NCBI GenBank assembly: GCA_035498355.1
Contig: DATKAG010000541.1
Coordinates: 1-35,040 of the forward strand
Length of the DNA stretch: 35,040 bases
Origin: Myxococcales bacterium
GTDB taxonomy: Bacteria > Myxococcota > Myxococcia > Myxococcales > 40CM-4-68-19
Direction of reading: 5' to 3'
Position 1 is the first letter of the stretch. The number at the start of each line of letters is the position of its first letter. The position numbers were made by a program, and so were the translations under genes. This document shows, piece after piece, positions 16,413 to 23,518 of the stretch. The notes under the pieces were generated by a model. It did not search any database and was not told where the DNA came from. It was given only the letters and a program-made list of their open reading frames with translations.

Positions 16413-19400
16413 TGAGCGACAAGGCCATCTACCTCTTTGGCGGCGGGGTGGCGGACGGGCGGGCGGAGCTGAAAGAGCTCCTGGGCGGAAAGGGCTCGGG
16501 CCTGGCGGAGATGGCCAGGCTGGGGGTCCCCGTGCCACCCGGCTTCACCATCACCACCGAGGTGTGCGCGGCCTTCCAGCAGGGCGGCGCCATCCCCGGG
16601 GCGGTGATCGCGGAGGTTCCCGGGGCGCTCGCACATCTGGAGAAGATCACCGGGCTGCGCTTCGGCGATCCTGCCGCGCCCTTGCTCGTCTCCGTCCGCT
16701 CGGGGGCGCGGGTGTCCATGCCCGGGATGATGGACACAGTGCTCGACCTCGGGCTCAACGACGTCACCGTCCGGGGCCTGGCCGCGCGCAGCGGCGAGCG
16801 GTTCGCCTGGGACTGCTACCGGCGGTTCGTCTGCATGTACGGCGGCGTGGTGCTGGGGCTGGGCGACGAGCCCTTCGACCGGATCTTCGAGGAAGTGAAG
16901 CGGGAGCGGCACGCGGCCACCGATTCCGATCTCGGCACCCGCGACCTGGCCGCGGTGGTGGAGAAGGCCAAGGCGTTCATCGAGGAGCGCACCGGCAAGC
17001 CCCTGCCTTTCGACCCGCGCGAGCAGCTCCTGCGGGCGGTGGAGGCGGTCTTCCGCTCCTGGGACAACCCGCGGGCGGTGGCCTACCGGGCCCTGCACCA
17101 CATCCCCGGCGGCTGGGGCACCGCGGTCACGGTGCAGGCGATGGTGTTCGGCAACCTGGGCGACGACTCGGGGACCGGGGTGGTGTTCTCCCGGGATCCG
17201 GCCAGCGGAGAGAACGTCCTCTACGGGGAGTATCTCCAGGCCGCCCAGGGCGAGGACGTGGTGGCGGGCATCCGCACCCCGCTGCGCATCGCCGAGATGG
17301 AGCGGAAGTTCCCCGAGGCGTACCGCGGGCTGGTGGAGACGTTGCGCAAGCTGGAGAGGCACTTCCGCGACCTGCAGGACGTGGAGTTCACCGTCGAGCG
17401 TGGCCGGCTCTGGGTGCTGCAGTGCCGCTCGGGCAAGCGCACCGGGACTGCCGCGGTCCGCCTGGCGGTGGAGATGGTGGACGAGGGCCTGATCGACCGG
17501 CGCACCGCGGTCTCCCGCGTCGAGCCCCCGGCCCTGGAGCAGCTGCTGCGTCCGGTCTTCGACTTTGATGCGCGCGCGAAAGCGGAGGTGCTGGCGCGCG
17601 GCTTGCCCGCAGGTCCCGGTGCCGCCTCCGGCCGCGCCGTGTTCAACGCCGCCGAGGCGGAGTGGTCGGCCGGGCGGGGCGAGCGGGTGATCCTTGTCCG
17701 CGAGCAGACCAGCCCGGAGGACATCCGCGGAATGGCGGCGGCGGAGGGGCTGCTCACGCAGTTCGGCGGCATGACCTCGCACGCGGCGCTGGTCGCCCGG
17801 CAGATGGGCAAGGTGGCGGTGGTCGGCGTGGAGACGATGAAGATCGACGCGGAGGGCGCCCTGTTCGGCGCCCGCCGCCTCAAGCCCGGCGACTGGATCT
17901 CGCTGGACGGCAGCGCCGGCGAGGTGATCCTCGGCAAGCTGCCCACCCGCGAGTCGCAGGCGCTGCGGGGCCTGCTGGCGAAGGATTCCACCTCCCCGGT
18001 CGTGCGGCTGCTCTCCTGGGCGGACGAGCTGCGCAGGCTGGGAGTGCGCGCCAACGCCGATCAGGGCGACCAGGCCGCGTTGGCGGCGTCGCTGGGCGCC
18101 GAGGGCATCGGCCTCTGCCGGACGGAGCACATGTTCTTCGGCCCGGGGAAGATCGAGCCGATGCGGGAGATGATCCTGGCCCGCAGCGAGGGGGAGCGGC
18201 GGGTGGCGCTGGAGAAGCTCCTGCCCCTGCAGCGGGCCGACTTCGCGGCGATCTTCCGGGCGATGGGCGGGCACCACGTCACCATCCGCACCCTGGACCC
18301 GCCGCTGCACGAGTTCTTGCCCCACGACCCGGCGGGGATCGCCGAGGTGGCGCAGGCCAGCGGCCGCAGCGCGGAGGAAGTGGCGGCGCGGGTGGAGGAG
18401 CTGGCCGAGTCGAACCCCATGCTGGGGCTGCGGGGTTGCCGCCTGGGGATCTCCTGGCCGGAGATCACCGAGATGCAGGCGCTGGCCATCTTCGAGGCGG
18501 CCTGCGACGTGGCCCAGGAGGGGATCCCGGTCAGGCCCCAGGTGATGATCCCGCTGGCCGGCACCCGCGCGGAGCTGGAGCACCAGGGGAAGGTGGTGCG
18601 GGAGGCGGCGGAGCGCGTCTTCGCCCGCCGGGGGCGGAGGGTGGAGTGGAAGCTCGGGGCGATGATCGAGGTGCCCCGGGCGGCGCTGCTGGCGGGGGAG
18701 ATCGCCGAGGTGTCGGAGTTCGTCTCCTTCGGCACCAACGACCTCACCCAGACGGTCTACGGACTCTCGCGCGACGACGTGGGGCCGGTGCTGGCGCGGT
18801 ATCTCGAGCTGGGCATCTACCCGCAGGACCCGTTCGTCTCCCTGGACCCGGCGGGCGTGGGACAGCTGGTGCGGCTGGCGGTGGAGCGCGGCCGGGCGGT
18901 GCGGCCTTCGCTGGAGGTGGGCATCTGCGGCGAGCACGGCGGCGACCCGGCCTCCATCGCCCTCTGCCACGAGCTGGGCCTGGATTACGTCTCCTGCTCG
19001 CCCTCGCGCCTTCCGGTCGCGCGCCTGGCGGCGGCGCGGGCGGCCATCGCTTCACAACGAGGAGCAATCACAATGAAACGGATCCTGGTGGGAGTGGACG
19101 GTTCGATGGAGTCCCTGCAGGCGGCGCTTCTCGCCGCGAACCTCGCGCACCAGACGCACCGCACCATCGAGCTGGCCCACGTGCTGCCCGACGCGGTCCC
19201 CATGCCTCCGGAAGCCTTCTCCACCGAGCTGGCGGTCTGGAGGAAGGAGATGGCGGAAGAGGGCAACAAGTTGCTGCAGGAGATCCGCAGCCGCGTGGAC
19301 CGCCCGGACACCGAGGTGCGCAGCACCCTGGTGGAGTCGGCCCGTCCCGCGGAAGCCCTGGCCGAGCTGGCCAAGGAGCCGGACATCGACCTGGTGGTGG

Positions 19401-19501
19401 TGGGCCACCGCGGCCGCAGCGTGGTCACCCGGGCGCTCCTGGGCAGCGTGGCGGACCGTTTGGTGCAGATCAGCCCCAAGCCGGTGCTGGTCGTCCGGTA
19501 G
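16412..19501 (+). CDS. ppdK: Pyruvate, phosphate dikinase continuing in frame, with no stop, into a universal stress protein domain (1029-aa ORF)
   Basis: PPDK blocks: GGKGSGLAEM, the swivelling-domain GGMTSHAALVARQMG with phospho-His, PEP-utiliser TIM barrel GLCRTEHMF, FGTNDLTQ, and the C-terminal SCSPSRLPVARLAAARAA that normally ends PPDK. The frame then reads IASQRGAIT-MKRILVGVDGS... to the TAG at 19499-19501. TGATG overlap with hemN. Confidence 0.85.
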   Translation: MSDKAIYLFGGGVADGRAELKELLGGKGSGLAEMARLGVPVPPGFTITTEVCAAFQQGGAIPGAVIAEVPGALAHLEKITGLRFGDPAAPLLVSVRSGARVSMPGMMDTVLDLGLNDVTVRGLAARSGERFAWDCYRRFVCMYGGVVLGLGDEPFDRIFEEVKRERHAATDSDLGTRDLAAVVEKAKAFIEERTGKPLPFDPREQLLRAVEAVFRSWDNPRAVAYRALHHIPGGWGTAVTVQAMVFGNLGDDSGTGVVFSRDPASGENVLYGEYLQAAQGEDVVAGIRTPLRIAEMERKFPEAYRGLVETLRKLERHFRDLQDVEFTVERGRLWVLQCRSGKRTGTAAVRLAVEMVDEGLIDRRTAVSRVEPPALEQLLRPVFDFDARAKAEVLARGLPAGPGAASGRAVFNAAEAEWSAGRGERVILVREQTSPEDIRGMAAAEGLLTQFGGMTSHAALVARQMGKVAVVGVETMKIDAEGALFGARRLKPGDWISLDGSAGEVILGKLPTRESQALRGLLAKDSTSPVVRLLSWADELRRLGVRANADQGDQAALAASLGAEGIGLCRTEHMFFGPGKIEPMREMILARSEGERRVALEKLLPLQRADFAAIFRAMGGHHVTIRTLDPPLHEFLPHDPAGIAEVAQASGRSAEEVAARVEELAESNPMLGLRGCRLGISWPEITEMQALAIFEAACDVAQEGIPVRPQVMIPLAGTRAELEHQGKVVREAAERVFARRGRRVEWKLGAMIEVPRAALLAGEIAEVSEFVSFGTNDLTQTVYGLSRDDVGPVLARYLELGIYPQDPFVSLDPAGVGQLVRLAVERGRAVRPSLEVGICGEHGGDPASIALCHELGLDYVSCSPSRLPVARLAAARAAIASQRGAITMKRILVGVDGSMESLQAALLAANLAHQTHRTIELAHVLPDAVPMPPEAFSTELAVWRKEMAEEGNKLLQEIRSRVDRPDTEVRSTLVESARPAEALAELAKEPDIDLVVVGHRGRSVVTRALLGSVADRLVQISPKPVLVVR
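19073..19501 (+). other. USP (UspA-family) domain with its own SD/ATG, in frame with ppdK; may also be translated independently
   Basis: GAGGAG (19059-19064) lies 8 nt upstream of the ATG at 19073. MKRILVGVDGS...DLVVVGHRGRSVVTRALLGSVADRLVQISPKPVLVVR is a complete USP fold and a paralog of the CDS at 22333..22758. Confidence 0.6.
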
Positions 19502-19504
19502 GCC

Positions 19505-19527
19505 CACCCGGCCAATTCGGCCGGGTG
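19505..19527 (+). terminator. Hairpin CACCCGGCC-AATTC-GGCCGGGTG immediately after the ppdK/USP stop
   Basis: Perfect 9-bp stem starting 4 nt after the TAG, lying between convergent genes. The T-rich stretch TGATTGTTGG follows only after the duplicated arm. Confidence 0.4.
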
Positions 19528-19547
19528 AACCAGTCGGCCGGGTGAAC
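19518..19547 (+). repeat. Tandem direct repeat CGGCCGGGTGAAC x2 (4-nt spacer); each copy can pair with the upstream arm CACCCGGCC
   Basis: Read directly: cggccgggtgaac cagt cggccgggtgaac. Confidence 0.7.
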
Positions 19548-19627
19548 TGATTGTTGGCTGCTGAACAGCGGCATGCTCAAAAGGGGACCTCCCTGCGCAG
19601 CCGCTTCGCTGCCACAGATCAAGGTGT

Positions 19628-20080
19628 TCAGGCGTGCGGCCCCTCGCGGCTCACTCGCACCACCGCCGCGATTGCAACCAGCGCCACCGGCGTCAGGATG
19701 GCCGTCGTCACCCCGAAAGCCCATGCCCATCCCAGGCTCACGGCGGAAATACCCAGAAGCCCTCCCGCGAGCTCGCGGCGCGAGAGGCGTCCGCCGAGGA
19801 TACCGAAGAAGCACGCGGGCCCCAGTGCCGCGGCCACCAGCGCGCCGAGCGGCGGCGCCTCCGGCACCGGCCCCGGCACGAGGATCCTCCGGAGCGGCAC
19901 CCCCAAATGCGCCATGCCGGCGACATGGGCCGCCGGCGCCTCGCCCTCGCCGACCAGGATCATCCAGCCGTCCGCGGCTCCCAGCAGGTATCCGAAGGTG
20001 CCGGAGGCGGCCGCAAAGGCCGCCAGAAACAGGACCTTCCTGCCCAGGGCAAGTAATCCATTCGCCGCCTGCTTCACCAT
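19628..20080 (-). CDS. Hypothetical small integral membrane protein (about 4 predicted TM helices)
   Basis: Hydrophobic Gly/Ala/Leu-rich product (VLFLAAFAAASGTFGYLLG, LGALVAAALGPACFFGILGG, AVSLGWAWAFGVTTAILTPVALVAIAAVV). Lies downstream of, and co-oriented with, the sigma-54 activator. ATG at 20080 chosen; a GTG at 20119 is an alternative start. Confidence 0.5.
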   Translation of the reverse strand: MVKQAANGLLALGRKVLFLAAFAAASGTFGYLLGAADGWMILVGEGEAPAAHVAGMAHLGVPLRRILVPGPVPEAPPLGALVAAALGPACFFGILGGRLSRRELAGGLLGISAVSLGWAWAFGVTTAILTPVALVAIAAVVRVSREGPHA

Positions 20081-20157
20081 GCCCCCAAAAGAACACGGCG
20101 TGCGCGTCTTGCGACGCACACGCCGGTCATCTCCCGAGATGTCCGCCCCGGGTGCCG

Positions 20158-21564
20158 CTAGGCTGCCGGCGGCGCCTGCTGCGCGACTTCCGCCTGGTGC
20201 TGCCGGTCCAGCTGCGCGTACTCCTTCATCCGGTACTGGATCTTCCGGGCAGAAATCCCCAGCATGTCCGCCGCCCGCGAAGTCGATCCGCCCACCAGCT
20301 CCAGGGTGCGCAGGATGGCTTCCCGCTCGATCTCGTACAGCGTCGCCCCGGGGATCAGCGAACCGGCCTCGCGCCGGTCCGGCCGGGCGCCCCGCAGCGA
20401 AGGCGGCAGGTCGTCCGCGGTGATCTCCCGCCCCTGCGCCAGCACCACGGCCCGCTCGATGGCGTTCTCCAGCTCGCGCACGTTCCCCGGCCAGTCGTGG
20501 GCCAGGAGCGCGTTCAGCGTCCCGGGGCCCAGCCCTCGCACGTCCTTGCCGTAGAGGCGCGCGTACTTCTCGATGAAGTGCGAGGCGAGCGCGGGCAGGT
20601 CTCCCTTGCGCCGGCGCAGCGGGGGCAAAGTGACGGCGACCACGTTCAGCCGGTAGTACAGGTCCTCGCGGAACTTGCCCGCCTTCACCTCGGCGGCCAG
20701 GTCCCGGTTGGTGGCGGCCACCAGGCGGACGTCGACCTTCAGGGTCTGCGTCCCGCCTACCCTCTCGAACTCCTTGGTCTGCAGGACCCGCAGGAGCTTG
20801 ATCTGCGTGGCCGCAGAGATCTCCCCGATCTCGTCCAGGAAGAGCGTCCCGCCGTCGGCCAGCTCGAAGCGGCCTTCCCTGCGCCCGATGGCGCCGGTGA
20901 AGGAGCCCCGCTCATGCCCGAAGAGCTCGCTCTCCAGCAGCGTCTCCGAGAGGGCCGCGCAGGACACCTTGACGAAGGGCTTGTCGCGCCGCGGGCTCTC
21001 CTCGTGCAGCGCGTGGGCGATGATCTCCTTGCCCGTCCCCGACTCGCCGAGGATGAGCACGGTGGCCTTGGTGGGGGCCGCCTGGCGCACGACGTCGTAG
21101 ACCGCGCGCAGCTCGGGGGCATCGCCCACCAGGCCGTCCAGGCGGTACTGCTCGCGCACCCGGTCGCGCAGCGAGAGGGTCTCCCGCTGCAAGCGCCGCT
21201 TCTCCAGCGCCTTCTCCAGGAACACCAGCACCGCCTGCAGGTCGAGCGGCTTGGTGAGGTAGTTCTCGGCGCCGGCCTTCATCGCCTCCACCGCCGCTTG
21301 CACCGAGGCGAAGGCGGTCATCATCACGAAAGCGGCGTCGCTGCCCGCCTCCCGCGCCTTGCGGATGAGGGTGATGCCGTCCATCTTCGGCATCCGCATG
21401 TCGGTGAGCACTACGGCGGGGTCCAGCTCGGCGATCTTCGCCAGCGCCTCCTCGCCGTCTGCGGCCTCGGCGATTTCGTAACCCTCCTCGCCCAGAAGGG
21501 TTCGGAGCGCGGTTCGCGCGTTCTGCTCGTCATCGACGACGAGGATCCGTTCCTTCATTGCCAT
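20158..21564 (-). CDS. NtrC-family sigma-54-dependent response regulator (REC-AAA+-Fis HTH), paralog 1
   Basis: REC (ILVVDDE...VLTDMRMPKMDG...KP), AAA+ Walker [15 protein letters not shown]-type loop [15 protein letters not shown], Walker B LFLDEIGE, and C-terminal [22 protein letters not shown]. Confidence 0.92.
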   Translation of the reverse strand: MAMKERILVVDDEQNARTALRTLLGEEGYEIAEAADGEEALAKIAELDPAVVLTDMRMPKMDGITLIRKAREAGSDAAFVMMTAFASVQAAVEAMKAGAENYLTKPLDLQAVLVFLEKALEKRRLQRETLSLRDRVREQYRLDGLVGDAPELRAVYDVVRQAAPTKATVLILGESGTGKEIIAHALHEESPRRDKPFVKVSCAALSETLLESELFGHERGSFTGAIGRREGRFELADGGTLFLDEIGEISAATQIKLLRVLQTKEFERVGGTQTLKVDVRLVAATNRDLAAEVKAGKFREDLYYRLNVVAVTLPPLRRRKGDLPALASHFIEKYARLYGKDVRGLGPGTLNALLAHDWPGNVRELENAIERAVVLAQGREITADDLPPSLRGARPDRREAGSLIPGATLYEIEREAILRTLELVGGSTSRAADMLGISARKIQYRMKEYAQLDRQHQAEVAQQAPPAA

Positions 21565-21577
21565 GGCCCCATCCTTC

Positions 21578-21592
21578 GCAAGTGTCGTGCCG
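21578..21592 (-). promoter_or_regulatory. Near-consensus sigma-54 promoter element abutting the activator paralog-1 start
   Basis: The minus strand reads CGGCACGACACTTGC(G), against consensus TGGCACG-N4-TTGCW. The C of GC is at 21578, so the predicted start site is about 21566, 2 nt before the ATG at 21564. The element overlaps the AAGGA SD. Confidence 0.45.
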
Positions 21593-21645
21593 CAGGTGGG
21601 GTCCCCGGCGGCTGGGGGAAGTGCCGCCAGGGGTGCCCCAAGCGC

Positions 21646-21975
21646 TCATTTCCCGAATGAGCGCACCAGCTTCACGAGGTTGTCGATCTCTTCGCCGGAC
21701 AGCTTGTCCTTGTACCCTTCCATCTCACCCTTGTCGTTCTTCGCCCCGTTGCTGATGGCCGACTTGAGTTGATCGTCCGTCTTCGACTTCTGGAAGCCGG
21801 CGTCGGCGTAGTTGGGAATGCCCAGCTTCTTCCCCTGGTCCGTCTCGGCCTTGCCGTCGGCGCCATGACAGGAGGCGCACTTCGCCTTCCAGTTGCGCTC
21901 CGTCTTCTTGTCCACCTGCGCTCGCGCAGCTAGCGGGAGGGCGAGGGAGAGAATGGCGAGAATCATCTTCTTCAC
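21646..21975 (-). CDS. Small secreted monoheme c-type cytochrome
   Basis: Signal peptide MKKMILAILSLALPLAARA, single heme motif CASCHG, a later Met (GEMEGY) as a possible sixth ligand, and a Lys-rich mature part. GTG start with SD AAGGAG 8 nt upstream. Confidence 0.85.
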   Translation of the reverse strand: MKKMILAILSLALPLAARAQVDKKTERNWKAKCASCHGADGKAETDQGKKLGIPNYADAGFQKSKTDDQLKSAISNGAKNDKGEMEGYKDKLSGEEIDNLVKLVRSFGK

Positions 21976-21995
21976 GGGCTTTTCTCCTTGAGGAG

Positions 21996-22106
21996 TCAGT
22001 GGAACAGCGGTGCGCAGGCCAGACCGATGAGGATGGCGCCCATCCAGACGAGCAGGAACGCTGTTGCCCGGGAACGCGGATTGGGCCTCGCCGTCGATGG
22101 ACGCAT
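21996..22106 (-). CDS. Unannotated 36-aa single-TM sORF directly upstream of the cytochrome c gene
   Basis: The minus strand reads AAGGAGG, then 7 nt, then ATG. Product is MRPSTARPNPRSRATAFLLVWMGAILIGLACAPLFH followed by a stop, which lies 20 nt before the cytochrome c GTG. Below the ORF-track length cutoff. GC3 is high in the hydrophobic half and lower in the N-terminal third. Confidence 0.45.
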   Translation of the reverse strand: MRPSTARPNPRSRATAFLLVWMGAILIGLACAPLFH

Positions 22107-22138
22107 ACGAAAGCCTCCTTTACGACGTCTGCGTGTTG

Positions 22139-22154
22139 AGCAAGACGCATGCCC
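22139..22154 (-). promoter_or_regulatory. Candidate sigma-54 promoter for the sORF-cytochrome c-activator-membrane protein operon
   Basis: The minus strand reads GGGCATGCGTCTTGCT, with GG-N10-GC exact, GGCATG against GGCACG, and a TTGCT -12 box. The predicted start site near 22128 gives a 22-nt leader carrying the sORF SD. Confidence 0.5.
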
Positions 22155-22225
22155 CTCTGCCGTCGAGCGTCAAGACGAGGTTTGCACGCACGAAATGCAC
22201 AGCGGAATGCCGCAAATCCCCCCTC

Positions 22226-22267
22226 TGCGCAGGGATTGCGCCTCCTCGACTGCGCAGGGCTTTCGCA
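22226..22267. promoter_or_regulatory. Two direct repeats TGCGCAGGG(A/C)TT(-/T)(G/C)GC(-/A), 25 nt apart, 75-100 nt upstream of the 22153 sigma-54 element; candidate enhancer (UAS)
   Basis: tgcgcagggattgcgc (22226-22241) and tgcgcagggctttcgca (22251-22267). The first contains CGCAG-GGA-TTGCG, a 9/10 match to the recurrent palindrome; the second matches 8/10. Confidence 0.35.
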
Positions 22268-22332
22268 TCGGGCCAGGAGTTGCTCGAGGCCCTGCCGTCG
22301 GAAGGACGGCGCGCTGGAACGAGCTGGCAGAG

Positions 22333-22758
22333 CTACCGGACCACCGTCACCGGCTTGCTGCAGATCTGCACCAGCCGATCAGCCACGCTGCCGGTGAGGA
22401 AGCGCGAGATCGCTCCCCGCCCGCGGTGCCCGACCACCACCAGGTCCACGTCACCGATCTTCGCCTGCTCCGCCAGCGCCTCGGCGGGAGGTCCGCTCAG
22501 CACCGCCGTCTCTACCCGCACGCCCGGCCGGGCCGCGCCCGCGGCCGCTTCCTTGAGGGCGCCCGCGCAGCGCACCTTCTCTTGCGCCTCCCACTGGGCC
22601 ACCTTGAGCTGCAGTTCGGGAGCGCCGAACGCTTCCTGGAAGTAGACCGACGTGGCGATCGTCAGCTGGCAGTTGAGAGCCTGCGCAAGGTCGGCGGCGA
22701 AGCCCACCGCCACCCGCGACTCGTTGGAGCCGTCATATCCGGCCAGAATCCGCTTCAT
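22333..22758 (-). CDS. Universal stress protein (UspA family), paralog of the ppdK-fused domain
   Basis: MKRILAGYDGSNES...DLVVVGHRGRGAISRFLTGSVADRLVQICSKPVTVVR. SD GGAGGTG lies upstream. Confidence 0.85.
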   Translation of the reverse strand: MKRILAGYDGSNESRVAVGFAADLAQALNCQLTIATSVYFQEAFGAPELQLKVAQWEAQEKVRCAGALKEAAAGAARPGVRVETAVLSGPPAEALAEQAKIGDVDLVVVGHRGRGAISRFLTGSVADRLVQICSKPVTVVR

Positions 22759-22924
22759 GGTACACCTCCGGTGCAGAAGTGTTCATAAAGCATGCCGCCT
22801 CCATCCTCGCGACTTGTCGAAGCAGCAATCGCAGGAACTGCAACCACGGGGGGCGCATCGCGCACCCGCGCCTTTTCGGCCACCCGAATCTCGCCCGACG
22901 CATTTGCAGCGGCCTTCCCGTCGA

Positions 22925-22945
22925 GGGGCGCAACTCTTGCGCCCC
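22925..22945. promoter_or_regulatory. Perfect 9-bp inverted repeat GGGGCGCAA-CTC-TTGCGCCCC (copy 4, the longest, of the recurrent motif) in the USP/hemerythrin divergent region
   Basis: Read directly. Because of the flanking G/C runs it also satisfies GG-N10-GC on both strands: GGCGCAACTCTTGC on plus and GGCGCAAGAGTTGC on minus. Confidence 0.55.
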
Positions 22946-22974
22946 CTCGTGAAGGCGCAGGGAAAGGCCCTCCG

Positions 22975-22990
22975 CGGCTCGCCCCTTGCA
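22975..22990 (+). promoter_or_regulatory. Candidate sigma-54 promoter for the hemerythrin-like gene plus activator paralog 2
   Basis: CGGCTCGCCCCTTGCA with exact GG-N10-GC spacing and a TTGCA -12 box. The predicted start site near 23001 lies just ahead of SD AGAGGAGG (23002-23009) and the ATG at 23015. Confidence 0.45.
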
Positions 22991-23014
22991 GTTTCTACGA
23001 CAGAGGAGGCGCAC

Positions 23015-23464
23015 ATGACCCACGAGGAGCGTCGGCAAACCCTGCACTCCCAGCACCAGCAGCTCCGCACGGTCATCGCCGGCGTCCGGGAAGCCGCCCT
23101 GGACATCGTCGGCCGGGAAGGCGGCGACTCCACCGGCCTGCGCATGCGCATCTCCGTGCTCCGCGACGACCTCGAGCGCCACCTTGCCACCGAGGAGGCG
23201 CTCCTCGGTCCGGTGCTGGAGCGGATCGACGCCTGGGGGCCCGTCCGCCTCGACCTCCTGCGCGCCGAGCATGCGCACCAGCGGGCCGTCCTCAGCCTGC
23301 TGCGCTCCGACCGCGCCGCCGCCTTGCCCTCGCTGGGCCTGGCGCGCAGGGTGCTGGCGCTGCTGGACGACATCTGCGCGGACATGGACGCCGAGGACCG
23401 CGATCTGCTCGACCCCAGGGTCCTGCGCGACGACCTCATCCAGCTGGACGCCAGCGACGCATGA
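23015..23464 (+). CDS. Hemerythrin-like (HHE cation-binding) domain protein
   Basis: 149 aa, predicted helical. His/Glu ligand-like spacing: LHSQHQQL, LERHLATEEALL (HxxxE), LRAEHAHQRAVL, and an acidic last helix DDICADMDAEDRD. Assignment is by motif pattern only. Confidence 0.55.
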   Translation: MTHEERRQTLHSQHQQLRTVIAGVREAALDIVGREGGDSTGLRMRISVLRDDLERHLATEEALLGPVLERIDAWGPVRLDLLRAEHAHQRAVLSLLRSDRAAALPSLGLARRVLALLDDICADMDAEDRDLLDPRVLRDDLIQLDASDA

Positions 23465-23518
23465 GGAGCCAGCGGCCACCCCGATCCAGGGCGCCTCGCG
23501 CCAAGGTAGACTGATTCG

